DNA of 38,694 nt from Octopus sinensis (taxonomy: Eukaryota). Below, one piece after another: positions 11,268 to 23,691 of this stretch (position 1 is its first letter; every line of letters begins with the position of its first letter). The stretch covers positions 1 to 38,694 of the forward strand of contig NW_021835862.1 in NCBI RefSeq assembly GCF_006345805.1, in the 5' to 3' direction. Below the pieces are notes generated by a model. The model did not search any database and was not told where the DNA came from. It saw nothing but the letters and a program-made list of their open reading frames with translations. Made by a program: the position numbers and the translations under genes.

Positions 11268-11342
11268 CTCTTACAGCTGTTTCAATTTTGCCTAAATCAC
11301 AATAATTAAATCATTGTATTGTGCAAAATCTCATCAGAGGAG
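11268..11342 (-). ncRNA. Type I hammerhead ribozyme motif, family D
   Basis: Reverse complement reads CTCCT-CTGATGA-GATTTTGC...GCAAAATT-GAAAC-AGCT-GTA-AGAG; 8-bp stem II base, weak stem I. Confidence 0.72.
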
Positions 11343-11424
11343 TAGAAGAGACATACTGTTTGGTTATTAGGTGTAGCTATGTGACAGCAGAACACCTAAT
11401 AACCAAATGGTATATCTTTTCTAC

Positions 11425-11505
11425 CCCACTGATGAGATTTTGCCTAATACGATGATTTAATTATTGTAATTTAATTTTTAGGCTAAATTGAAATAGCTAT
11501 AAGAG
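11425..11505 (+). ncRNA. Degenerate hammerhead motif, family D
   Basis: CTGATGA 11429-11435, GATTTTGCC / GGCTAAATT, GAAAT 11490-11494, AGCT, ATA; stem I mostly lost. Confidence 0.55.
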
Positions 11506-11852
11506 AAGGTGTAGGATTTTTGCAGTGAGTAAATTATATCAATGGTACACCTCCATTTTCTAAATATTCTTATATACATATATGTGTTTATGTATGTATG
11601 TGTGTATGTGTGTATGTATGTATGTATGTATGTATGTATGTATGTATGTATGTATGTATGTATGTATATATATATATATATGTATACATATAGATATATA
11701 TATGTGTATATACGTGTATATATATGTGTAGATGTATATAGGTATATTTATATATATATATATAATTCATAATAGAATATAAGGATAAAATGACGTCAAT
11801 GATTTTTATCAGACAGTCAGCATGATATAAAAATGATAGGTAATTTATACAT

Positions 11853-11996
11853 TAAATTAATAATTATATACATATGTATATCATTATATTAAGGGAGCAA
11901 GGGCGAAAACGATCTATCTCCAGCATGCTTGGAGATAGGTCGTTTTCGCCCTTGCTCCCTAATATAATCATATACATATGTACATATTATTAATTT

Positions 11997-11997
<1 letters not shown>
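11853..11997. repeat. Near-perfect palindrome/hairpin
   Basis: 31-bp GC-rich stem 11892-11922 / 11930-11960 with one G.U pair, 7-nt loop, extended by AT-rich arms. Confidence 0.9.
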
Positions 11998-12058
<61 letters not shown>

Positions 12059-12502
12059 GTATATATATATTATAATATAATGTATATGTATATATTATAT
12101 ATATATATAATGTATATATGTATATATATATATATATATAAATATGTATATATATATATATATATATGTATATGTATATATGTATATTATTATATGTATA
12201 TATGTATATATTATATATATATAAATATGTATATATATATGTATGTATATATGTATATATATAGTTATATATGTATATGTATATATGTATATATATTTAT
12301 GTAAGTATATGTTATATACGTTTATATATGTATATGTATATGTATATATGTTTATATAAGTACATGTATATATATATATGTACATATATATTTATGTATA
12401 TATATATGTATATACATATGTATATATTTATATGTATATATGTATGTATATATATGTACATATATATATGTATATATATGTATATGTATATGTATGTACG
12501 TG

Positions 12503-12590
<88 letters not shown>
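11998..12590. repeat. (TA)n/(TATG)n/(TCTA)n microsatellite tract
   Basis: Directly visible. Confidence 0.95.
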
Positions 12591-12596
<6 letters not shown>

Positions 12597-13219
12597 CATT
12601 AATATCGAACACAATGAAAATATTGGGTTAAAAACCCTTTGGATAGAGAAAGTTGAAGTCTGCCCATAGAAAGAGTAGTACCTGCATTTGTAAACACGAC
12701 AGACGTTCTCTTATAACGTTTTAATCAGAAATTCAATTAAACGCAAATACGCTGTGCAGTCATGAATATTGTTTTGTCTTGAAAGAAGCTACTAGGGGAG
12801 AGTGAACGAAGGATCGGCTGGGTTAGTTTCAATCCTTATTGAGATTTCATCAATATTTTATCTGCCCATCTTTATAAGATGCAGTAATGCCACAGACGCT
12901 ATTCCTGCTTCTGCCGCCGCTACCCCTGCTGCTGCTATTAGTATTGGTGGGTGTTTATGGTGGCGTGGTGGAATGGTAATATATTCTAGTCGTAAACATT
13001 ACTGTTATCATCACCATTGACAAGTTATCCATGGTTTTTGTCGAATTTATTGACTGCGTATTGTCATTTTCGTTATTGAGCTGTTGTTGTTTGTGTTAGT
13101 ATTAATGGTAAAATGATTGGGATATTTACAAGAGATAAGTAAGCGGTGGGGGCATAATAGGGGTAAATAATGCTTGGAATCAACCGATGTGATACTTATT
13201 AGGATGCTGAAGTTTACAG

Positions 13220-14175
13220 CGATAGTGATGGTGGAAGCAATGTTGATGGCGATTGTGATGATGATGGCAGTGATTATGAAAGTAGCCATGGTGATAATGA
13301 TGATGGTGAAAGGGACGGTGTGTGTGTGAAGATGCTGGTGCCAAAGCTCATGATAATGGTGATAATGATGGAGATGATGGTGATGTTAGTGATGGCGATG
13401 ATGGTGGTGATGGCGATGATCGGAAGGATGGTAATGACAGCGATGATGATGATATGGACGGTAATGGCAATAATAGCAATGATGGTGGTGCTATGGTGAT
13501 GACGATGATGATGGTGATGGTTGTGGTGGTCATTATATTGAGAATTTTGATGGTTTAAAGTTTTGGTGATGGTGGTGATGTTATTGTCACGAGGATGATG
13601 AAATTGCAGATGATGAGGACTGTGATGCTGCTGCTGATAACGATAGTGATGATGATGATGATGATGAGATTGGTAGCGTTAGTGATGGAAGAGATTGTGT
13701 CGTTGCTGCTGTTGATGTTGATGATGATGTTGGTGAGGGTAAGAATGGTTATAGTGGTGCCATGGGGAATGATGATGATGATGATTTTGATGATAACGGT
13801 GGTGATCATGGACGATGACGATAATGATGATAGTGAAGTTGGTGGTCGTGTTGGTGACTATAATGTATGGAAATGGCAATGGAAGTGATGGTTTATGGAT
13901 ACGCAGAGAATGACGGAGGTGGAGCTGATGATGATCATGATGATAGTGATGCTGATAGTGATGGTGATGGTGATGGAGAGAATGGTGGTGTGTGTGGCGG
14001 AATTGGGGGTGATAATGTTGATGATGCTGGCGATAATAACGATGGTAAAAATGGTGATGGTGGTGCCGGAAGTAATGATGATGATGTCGACAACGACGAC
14101 GATGAAGATAAGGATAATGGTGATAATGATGACGACAGCGACGACGACGACGACAATGATGATAACGGTGATGAT

Positions 14176-14211
<36 letters not shown>

Positions 14212-14400
14212 GTGGTGGTAAAAATGGTGTTGGTGGTGCCGGTAGCAACGATGGTGATGACAACGACGATAGTGAAGATGAGAATAATGATGATGATGAT
14301 GATGATGATGATGATGGTGAGGCTGATGGTTTTGTTGATGACCTTATAGAGAGATGACGATGGAAGCGATAATGGTGATAGTGGAGATGTGGTTGAGATA
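13220..14400. repeat. Cryptically simple (GAT/GGT/GAC)n low-complexity tract
   Basis: Degenerate trinucleotide repeats producing poly-D/G/M/V/H pseudo-ORFs in several frames. Confidence 0.85.
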
Positions 14401-16540
14401 GGGTAAATGAGTGAATCGCAGTGAGTGAAAAGTACTCGTAATAACTGATGTTGTTGTTGTTGTTGTTGTTGTTGTTGCTGCTGCTGTAGTTGTTTAGCCC
14501 AAGGTCACCCCTGTTCCAGTAGATTTATTAACAAGATCAGAGGCATTCTATCTACGACAAAAATCCTATCATATTTCCAGACACAGTTTATCGAATACTA
14601 TGTTATCGAATGTACTAGACCCTCTTCTTTTCTTTTTTGTCAAGATAGCAGGGTGTGATTTGGGGGTAGTAACTGACGTAGTTGTTAGTGGTGGTTGTGG
14701 TGGGGAAGTTTGTGAGAAAAATACTACTAGTAGTAGTAGTTGCAGTAGTAGTAGTAGTGGTAGTAGTAGTAGTAGTGGCAGTAGTAGTAGTAGTAGTAGT
14801 AGTAGTGTGATATCGGCTGTGATAGTGGTTGTAGTGGTGGTGATAAGTTGATGTGTTAATGTTCTCTGTGACGTAACACCTCAGGTAGTGTGAAGGTGAT
14901 TTGTGTTCCTCTGTCTAGTGGTTACGACGGTGGCTGTTGTGATGGTGACCTCAAGGTTACTTCACGCAATTGATAATAGTGCTGCCACCGAAATTGTTGT
15001 TGCTGTTGTTGCAGACGTTGGTGTTGCTGTTGATGTTGTTGTTGATTATGATGGTGATGCGGTAGTATTGATGATTATAGTGCTGCGGCTATTAGCAATG
15101 TAAGAGGCACAACTTGTCAGTAGTAGCAATAAGCAGTAATTTTCTGCTGTGAAGCACAGTGACAGTATTTAGAGGGGCATTGGATTTAGATATATTAGAG
15201 ATTATAAGACATTTACTTCATCGCCAACATAAAGTGACTCATTTGATAATTGTGGTCAAAGACTGATCTACGCAGACAGCCAGATGACAAGAGGAAGTGA
15301 ACAGGATCTATCAAAACTTTTACCATTTCATACCTTAGAAATTAGAAAGGCATCATCAATTCAGATATAATTTCTTCTTCCTTCACCCAACCAATCACCT
15401 CTCATCTTTACTTTGTCTTTCACTCTCTTTCTTTTTCCGTCTTTCTTTTCTTTCTCTCTGTTTCTTTCTCTCTTGTGTCATTCTGTCGAATAGTCTGCAC
15501 GAACCTTAGTGCACCGCGATTTCAGCTCCTGGGAAAATGTCTGCAAGTGAGAAGCTCATGTCTTAGAATCGAATTAAGCAAAAACACGTAAGAAGTTTCC
15601 TTTATCTTCTGCAAAGAATTAATACATTGTTAGTGTGCTTTTGTATTAGGTGTTAGTCAAATGCAGTGGTCAGGTATTTGACGGCAAAATGTCGTCAGCA
15701 AAACGGAAATATGGATGAGTCATAAAGACACCCTTCCCTACCCACGTTTGCATGCGTAATGTCTGGCATGGCAATAGCCATTACTGACGCAGTTAGAACC
15801 AGGGAAATTTTCCGTTTCAGCTTCAAGGACTAAGTAGAGGCGAGGGAGGGGTTAGACTAACGAAACTTCCAAGAAAACGAATGATTTCAGAAACACAAGC
15901 GAAGATATGATTATGACTAGTGCTATATTCTCTCTATCTCTCTGTTCCACCAATCCAATAGCATTCACCCGCCATCTTTCCTGCCCCCGGGGCATAATAA
16001 AATTATACTATCAAACAAGAACAAAGTTTGAAGTGACTTAAAGAAGTGTTTGTCCAAGGATAAATTTTATGATTTGTTCAACACCATGAAAGACAATAGG
16101 CACAGCATACAGAACAATTGAAAATCAGGTAATAATTGTGTCGAGTGCTGCATAGTTTGAAAATATCATTAAAACAAGGTCCTCTCTGGTCAATATCATT
16201 TCATTCCTCTATGGCCTTCTAATCAAACCGAGTGCTTATAATCCTATTATTTTCTTCTGTATCACAATTTTCTGCTAGAGAAGACAGGAAATTATCACCA
16301 TTCACAACCTACACACCTCTATTTCTCCTATATCTCAATATAGCTAAATGGCAATGTTTTACTCATCTTCTTGATACAAAGCGATCGGTAGAGAAATATA
16401 TATTTTCTAATTTCCATATTCTTCATCCAAATATAGCAGGTTACCACTAAGATCAGCTGCCCTTACTTGCTGAATTACACAGGATGTAATTTACTACGTT
16501 ATTCTTCCAATAATATTATTTTAATAGCACTGGATATTCT

Positions 16541-16757
<217 letters not shown>

Positions 16758-17067
16758 CTATTCCAGTATATTACCGGTACTTATTTAATCGAGCCCTGGA
16801 GGACGAAAGCGATTGTTAACCCAATGAGTTTTGCTGCACAGCAAAGGGAAAATAACAAAAGACTGCCGAACATTGTGCACCACAATTTTTGATTATGATA
16901 ATAAGATTGTAAACCGAATGCAACAAATTTTGGAATAAGTTACAATTAATTAGATAAATCAAAGTATTTTTACTTCCATTATTTTATTAATCACTGTGAA
17001 AAAAGGTCGAGCTTTAGTAGTTATTAGATATTGCAAAATATTGTACCTACCATTCAATCATTTCTAA

Positions 17068-17250
17068 CGTAGGCACAAGGCTAGAAATTTCATTGGAAGG
17101 GATTGGCTGATTAAATCGATCACAATACTGAACTGGTACTCATTTTGTCGACCCCAAGCAAAGTCAACATCGGCGTGGTTTGAAATTAACGTGTAAAGGG
17201 CTGGAATAAGTGTTGATGCACTAACGCTTCAACTGATATGCCATCCTAAG
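17068..17250 (-). mobile_element. SINE family 1, diverged
   Basis: TAGGCACAAGGC...CTGGTACTCATTTTGTCGACCCC is the reverse complement of the family 1 tail and core. Confidence 0.65.
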
Positions 17251-18729
17251 TCATTCTATTGTAACGATCATATAACTACCAATAATTCTATCAAGTCTGC
17301 CTTGTAACATTTCCCCACGTTCTCTAATGGTGAGAATCTTTTAATATCTTCAATATAATTATTTCTATAACATTGGATTGAACACCACAAACGAAATCAA
17401 CCCACTTATTTGATTGCAATTTCTTATAAAATAGCCCCAGATGCATGAAAACGTTAGTTGACCATGACAGAATTTAAACTTTCGATGTAAATTAACCTAA
17501 TATTCAAAACATTTTGTCTGGTTTTCTACTATATCTGCCTTCCATCTTCTTTAATGATAATAGGAACTTTGAAATTATCATGAAGGACGGTACATAGCCA
17601 GATGATGGAATACTACCTTCCGGTGTAGGATAAGCCATTATGCAGATCTCAAGCGAAAAGTTCTGGTTAATGAGAAAACATCATTCCAGTTGTACCTGGA
17701 GCAATAAGGAAGTTATGGAGAAAATTCAAATAGCTTTTAAAATGGCAGTTTTACTTTAGCCAATCAGAACACTGAGTAGAGCATGCTATTAATTTTAAGA
17801 GCTCGTGTTAGGAGTTATGACCAGTTTCTAATGGAAATAACTAGGGAAAAATCATAGGAGTCAAAATATATGAGAATATAATAGATAGTATTAAAAAAAT
17901 TAAAATCTATCCTTACCTGTTTGGGTGAAGATTATCTCAGTTCAAGACGAGTATTGTGGGGATAATAATAATAACTACATGACAAAATAGTGATTATTGG
18001 ATCATCATGCAAATTGCATAACATTGACCAAAGAGGTGTTAAACAGAATTAAATTTATATAATTAAATTTATATAAAATTATATAAAATTTATATAAAAT
18101 TTGTTTTGTGTAAGTGAAGACAAAAGAAAATAGTTATACAATGGATTTTTGTTACAGTTATCCATTTTCTTTTGATAGCAAGGCAGTGGAAGTACCGTTA
18201 AAGTTTAAATATCTGATTAAAAAACGGAAGGTATGGTTGTGTAGTAAGAAATCATCATAAAATATACAAGAGTATATTACTGACATTAAGCGAAACGACG
18301 ACCTGTTAGAAATGATATCTATATGTTCCTCAAACAGCACCTAACTTTCTTAAATAGGGAAGCAGCAGATAATAAAGTTCAGGGTATATTATTCCTAAAA
18401 AAACAAACAAAAAAATAAATAAGAAAAGAAAAACTATGGTAGTATAGCCATGGATTAATGCCTTGATCAGAGTTCTGGTTAACCCGAGCTGACACTGTGG
18501 AAAATATTTATAGAGATATATTTTACAGAGCTATAACTAAACACCTCCCCCAACACAAAAAAAGAGAGAGAGAGAGAAAAAGGTTATCACGATGCCAATG
18601 TCTTTGATTATCTGATTATTGATCAATAAGTGTTGATTTGGCATAAACCTATAACAGCGTCTGCTTCAAAATTAATCTCTGTGTGCAGTTATGAAGAAAA
18701 GGAGGCTGCGTATAAGAAAGGAAATGTTC

Positions 18730-18804
<75 letters not shown>

Positions 18805-18835
18805 ATCTATCTATCTATCTGTCTATCCATCTATT

Positions 18836-18877
<42 letters not shown>

Positions 18878-18975
18878 CACTCACACAAGCACACAAACAC
18901 AAGCAAACATACACAGTCACATGCACACGCACAAACAAATACACATCTATCTATATACCTAAAGATATATACATA

Positions 18976-19031
<56 letters not shown>

Positions 19032-19089
19032 ATATATTTGTATGTATGTGTGTGTGTGCGTGTGTGTATCTGTGATGTGTGTATGTATG

Positions 19090-19292
19090 TGGTCTGTATT
19101 TGTTCCCTCTGTCATCGCTTGACAAACGATAGTGGTCAACTACGTCCCCGTAACTTAGTGGTTCGGAAAAGAGATGGATAGAAGTACAAGGCTTACAAAG
19201 AGTAAGTCCTGTGGTCAATTTCTTCGACTAAAACACCTTAAAGCGGTGCTCTAGCATGGCCACAGCCAATTGACTGAAACGAGTAATAGAAT
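19090..19292 (+). mobile_element. SINE family 2, 3' portion
   Basis: CGTCCCCGTAACTTAG.GGTTCGG.AAAAGAGA...GCATGGCC.CAG..AATTGACTGAAAC matches the reverse complement of 7270-7450. Confidence 0.7.
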
Positions 19293-19556
19293 ATATATAT
19301 AATATATATATATTATATAATATATATTATATATATATATATTATATGTAATATAAATATATATGTATATAAATATATATATAAATTTAAATATTATATA
19401 TATATGTATATATATATATATATTATATGTATATATAAATATTATGTATATAAATATATATATTAATTAAATATTTATATATATATATGTATATATATAT
19501 ATTATATATATTATATATATATATACGCGAGAAAGAAGCAACAAGAATGGATAGGT

Positions 19557-19646
19557 TTTTAGTACGATCGTTTCATACAAGGACAGGTTTTATTAAAAGT
19601 TGCAAAGATTACAGCATATAAACGAGTCCCGACTCATCAGCTAAAA
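19557..19646 (-). ncRNA. Type I hammerhead ribozyme motif, family B
   Basis: Reverse complement reads TTTTAG-CTGATGA-GTCGGGAC...GTCCTTGTAT-GAAAC-GATC-GTA-CTAAAA. Confidence 0.75.
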
Positions 19647-20065
19647 TACATGTAAGTTCCCTAGACATCCAGTGTTTGAGGCTATACTCATGAAGTAATG
19701 TAGATAATTAAACAGATTTCTAAAGTTCATTAAGTTCTTTAAGATGATGTACAGTCTTATCACAGAATTTTAAAAAAGTTTTGATAGCATCACAGAGAAG
19801 GTGACCTAATCCATATGAATTCCATAGATATGATGAGGGATTATATATTTGTCTTCTGTGAGTATATAATCCCTCATCATATCTATGGAAATTCATATGG
19901 ATTAGGTCACTTCTCTGTGATGCTATCAAAACTTTTTTAAAATTCTGTGATAAGACTGTACATCATCTTTAAAGAACTTTAATGAACTTTAGAAATCTTT
20001 TTAATTATCTACATTACTTCATGAGTATAGCCTCAAACACTAGGATGTCTAGGGACTTACATGTA

Positions 20066-20155
20066 TTTTAGCTGATGAGTACGGGACTCGTTTATATGCT
20101 GTAATCTTTGCAATTTTAATAAAACCTGTCCTTGTATGAAACGATCGTACTAAAA
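20066..20155 (+). ncRNA. Type I hammerhead ribozyme motif, family B, intact
   Basis: Stem I TTTTAG / CTAAAA; CTGATGA 20072-20078; stem II GTACGGGAC / GTCCTTGTAT; GAAAC 20138-20142; palindrome ACGATCGT; GUA cleavage predicted after 20149. Confidence 0.85.
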
Positions 20156-20304
20156 ACCTATCCATTCTTGTTGCTTCTTTCTCGCTTATAATCACCCCCA
20201 TTACTGTATTGTTAAATCAGTATAGTTTTTTTTTTGGTGCATCTAAGTTAGGTACCATATTCAAGTAAATTTTTAAAATTAACTTGAATCTTTATTGCTC
20301 TTTG

Positions 20305-20358
<54 letters not shown>

Positions 20359-20611
20359 AAAAAATAAGAGAGAGTCCACCGGTGTTCACTCTAACGCTAG
20401 ATATAGATCCGCAATGTATAAATGTATTATAAATAGATGAGTGTATATTTGCCTTGTTACAACACGGAAAAAATAAAAATAAATAGTTACCAGGGTAGCA
20501 AAAAATCACACTAGCAAGAGGTTGTAATTCCTTTTTTTTAAGGTAGAAACTTCGTGTTTACGTGGAATCTTTGTATAATGTATAAATGTATATATATATA
20601 AGTGTATAAAC

Positions 20612-20656
<45 letters not shown>

Positions 20657-20824
20657 ATATATTATGTATATTATGTTGAAAGAACAAAATCTTATTTGGT
20701 ACGGAATTATATATCTTTATTTTTATGACTGTAATATACTCCTTAATCCTGTAAACCAAAGCTAAAAACGTATAACCTATCGTTTATAAAATTATTTGCG
20801 AAAAAGTACTTATTATTATTATTA

Positions 20825-20868
<44 letters not shown>

Positions 20869-21681
20869 TATTATTATTATTATTATTGTTATTATTATTA
20901 TTAAAATAATAGTACTAGAAATATGATAAGAGCTTTTAGTTATACTAAAACATTTTTACAATCTAAATCACAAAGTGACAAACTAATATTTTACAATTTA
21001 CTTTCAAATATAATAATTATCAAATAATAATGATTAGATAAATGTACGTATCTAAATCATCATTAACAAAAAAAAAAAAATTAGAAAATCTTATTTATCA
21101 ATCAATCAATACTTATATAGAGTACATTATTATTTCTTAAATAAAAATGTATAGTTTTCTCTCCAAAAGATGTATTATGAACTAAAAAATTTTAACACAA
21201 AAAACATATTACTTAGCGTTTATAAATTTACTCGTGAACTAATTAGTAATTTCATTATTTTGTTGTTATTGTTGTTGTTGATATTGTTATTGCTATTATT
21301 ATTATTATACTTATTATATGTGTACTAAAATTAAAAGTATTAAGTATTATTATTTTTGGGGAAATAGTTTTAGCAACGTTAAATAATTTTGAATATGTAG
21401 TAAATATTTTATTTTTTATGTACTATCTATTTATAATAATAATATGTACTTTATTTATTCCCTTAATGATCGAAGTATTAAATCTAAATATAAATTTATC
21501 TACTTATATGATAAGTTTAATTTATTAGTTAGGATTTATTTTAAATTGATGTAATGAAATGATTGCATAGTTCAATTAAATGGAGTCGCCTGAAACGACC
21601 GTACTGCATTACCTCTGGATATCCTTGTTGCTTATTTTGATTATAGATGTATGTGTATATATATATGTTATATATAATATA

Positions 21682-21747
<66 letters not shown>

Positions 21748-21816
21748 TATACTAATGTTAAAATTATAAAATTTTACTAATGTGTCCTTCTAATTTATTT
21801 AAATTCTATATCTTTG

Positions 21817-21908
21817 TGCAGCTAAAGATTGCTCTACATTTTAAATTGATGTAATGAAATGATTGCATTGTTCAATTAAATAGAGTCGCATGAAACGATC
21901 GTACTGTA
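21817..21908 (+). ncRNA. Hammerhead motif, family C, core mutated (CTAAAGA)
   Basis: TGCAG-CTAAAGA...GCAT-GAAAC-GATC-GTA-CTGTA; the G-to-A change in CUGANGA predicts inactivity. Confidence 0.55.
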
Positions 21909-21957
21909 GTACCTCTGGATATCCTTGTTGCTTATATATATATGTTTGTGTGTGTAT

Positions 21958-21994
<37 letters not shown>

Positions 21995-22152
21995 TGTGTG
22001 TGTGTGTCTGTGTGTGTTTGTGTGTGTAAAAAATTTAGATTCAGATGAATATGTTACTTAATTTGAGACACCAGAATTTAGTACGGTATTATCCATACAA
22101 TTTCAAAATAAAGTGATTAAAATCAAATAAGCCACAAGGATATCCAGAGGTA

Positions 22153-22246
22153 ATGTAGTACGATCGTTTCATGCGACTCTATTTAATTGAACAATGCAAT
22201 TATTTTATTACATCAGTTTAAAATGTAGAGCAATCTTCAGCTGCAC
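22153..22246 (-). ncRNA. Type I hammerhead ribozyme motif, family C
   Basis: Reverse complement reads GTGCAG-CTGAAGA-TTGCTCTA...TAGAGTCGCAT-GAAAC-GATC-GTA-CTACAT; first stem II position is U.U and stem I has one mismatch. Confidence 0.65.
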
Positions 22247-22361
22247 ATAGGTATAGAATTTAATTAAATTAGAAGGACACACTAGCATAATTTTACCTAA
22301 AATTCTAAGAGGATTAGGAGATAGAACATGTTAAAATTATAAAATTATACTAATGCGTCCA

Positions 22362-22608
22362 ACACCGGGACCAACTTCATGCAAGCATATATAATCTTCG
22401 ATTCCCAAACCGAGACAAACCTCGTGCATACATGAAGGTACGCTAGTATATTGCTGCTCCTCTAAATGGAAACCTTACCAGTCATTGTAGTTTAGGAGTA
22501 ACAAGCAAAGCAGGCCTTGCCGTCCATCGAGAAAACACATGAATGATCCACAAGCACGCAAGCAAACTGAGCCCTCAATTTGTTCCATTTGCCGAAAGGT
22601 TTTCAAGA
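22362..22608 (+). pseudogene. Possible decayed LINE C-terminus with C2H2 zinc-finger-like relics (RTE-like)
   Basis: Translates to HCSLGVTSKAGLAVHR and ICSICRKVFK with stops and frameshifts. Confidence 0.35.
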
Positions 22609-23063
22609 TATGTGTGTGAGAAAGAGAGAGAGAATGTATTTGTGTATGTGTGGGATTCTGTGTGTATTCGCTTGTATTTCAAGGTTTAGAAGATGATAAA
22701 CACTTTGTTTTACTAAACACTCATTTGTCGTTTGCAACAAAAGAGTCCATCATATATATATATATATATATATATACATGCATATAAATATAAATGTGTT
22801 TAGACATGTGTATAGATGCATGTTCATAAATTACTTAATATATACACTGACACATATGTATGGATTATTTGAAGTGATGTATAGATTTTATATAGTAAGA
22901 AAAAGGAGGAAGTCAGAATTTTGGATTAATATTTTGTTGAGAGCTTTCATTTCGTTTCGGAGATTCATCAGAAATATTTTTTTGCTGCAGAAATTTTATA
23001 CCTTATTTTATTTGAGGTTGAATGGGTAAAAATGATTTTTGTTACCTATATGTTATCTGTCTA

Positions 23064-23170
<107 letters not shown>

Positions 23171-23610
23171 GTATGAATGACGAAGCCACTTTGAGCATAA
23201 TCCTATGAACCTGGAAATTGAAAACAGAGGGTTACCCACTTGCAAACAAATGTGGTAACATGTAACAATATTGACCGAGGTTACCGTGGTCTTTTCCGTA
23301 GGCTTCTCTTCCCACGGATAAACCTTATCTGCTTCCCCCTTTACACCGTACATCATGACACTGTGATACACGATCCCTATTGATCGTTTTTTTTCTTTTT
23401 CCCCTTTTTTCCTTTTTTTCTTCTTTTTTCTTTTCTTTTGTTTCTTTCCCTTTTTTTCTTTTTTTTTCTTCTTTTTTTTTGTTCTTTCCCTTTTACGATC
23501 CCTTTTGATCGAAAACCTTCCCCCACTTTTTTATTTTCTCCAAAAAAAGAAAAGCTCTACTTTGTAATCTGTCCCGTCTGTATGCAGCCCTGTGTGGTTA
23601 ATAAAGAAAC
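23171..23610 (+). mobile_element. 3' end of a non-LTR retrotransposon inserted in (TCTA)n
   Basis: Short ORF end MNDEATLSIIL*, pyrimidine-rich 3' UTR, AATAAA at 23600-23605 running into (TATC)n; (TCTA)n on both sides. Confidence 0.6.
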
Positions 23611-23620
23611 ATATCTATCC

Positions 23621-23691
<71 letters not shown>

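Larger units (their letters stand above)
11239..11534. repeat. Diverged fold-back element (family D) with a hammerhead motif in each arm
   Basis: Arms ~11239-11374 and ~11392-11534 are reverse complements with many substitutions; ~17-nt spacer. Confidence 0.85.
19527..20185. repeat. Long near-perfect inverted repeat (family B): ~320-bp arms, 15-nt spacer
   Basis: Arms 19527-19847 and 19863-20185 are reverse complements differing mostly by single-base indels; (TA)n on the left flank. Confidence 0.95.
21538..22360. repeat. Family C cluster: partial tandem and inverted copies of a hammerhead-bearing repeat
   Basis: Direct copies at ~21538-21642 and ~21752-21934, inverted copy at ~22120-22295, short direct restart at ~22330-22360; interleaved with (TA)n and (TG)n. 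Confidence 0.8.

Noticed and set aside
10689-12669. Many I/Y/C/M-rich ORFs
   Set aside because: Translations of (TA)n/(TATG)n microsatellites; the same applies to similar ORFs throughout the window
13322-14349. D/G-rich, H-rich and M/V-rich ORFs up to 194 aa
   Set aside because: Open in several frames on both strands because of trinucleotide low complexity
19720-19929. 69-aa minus-strand ORF
   Set aside because: Straddles the centre of the inverted repeat; chance ORF
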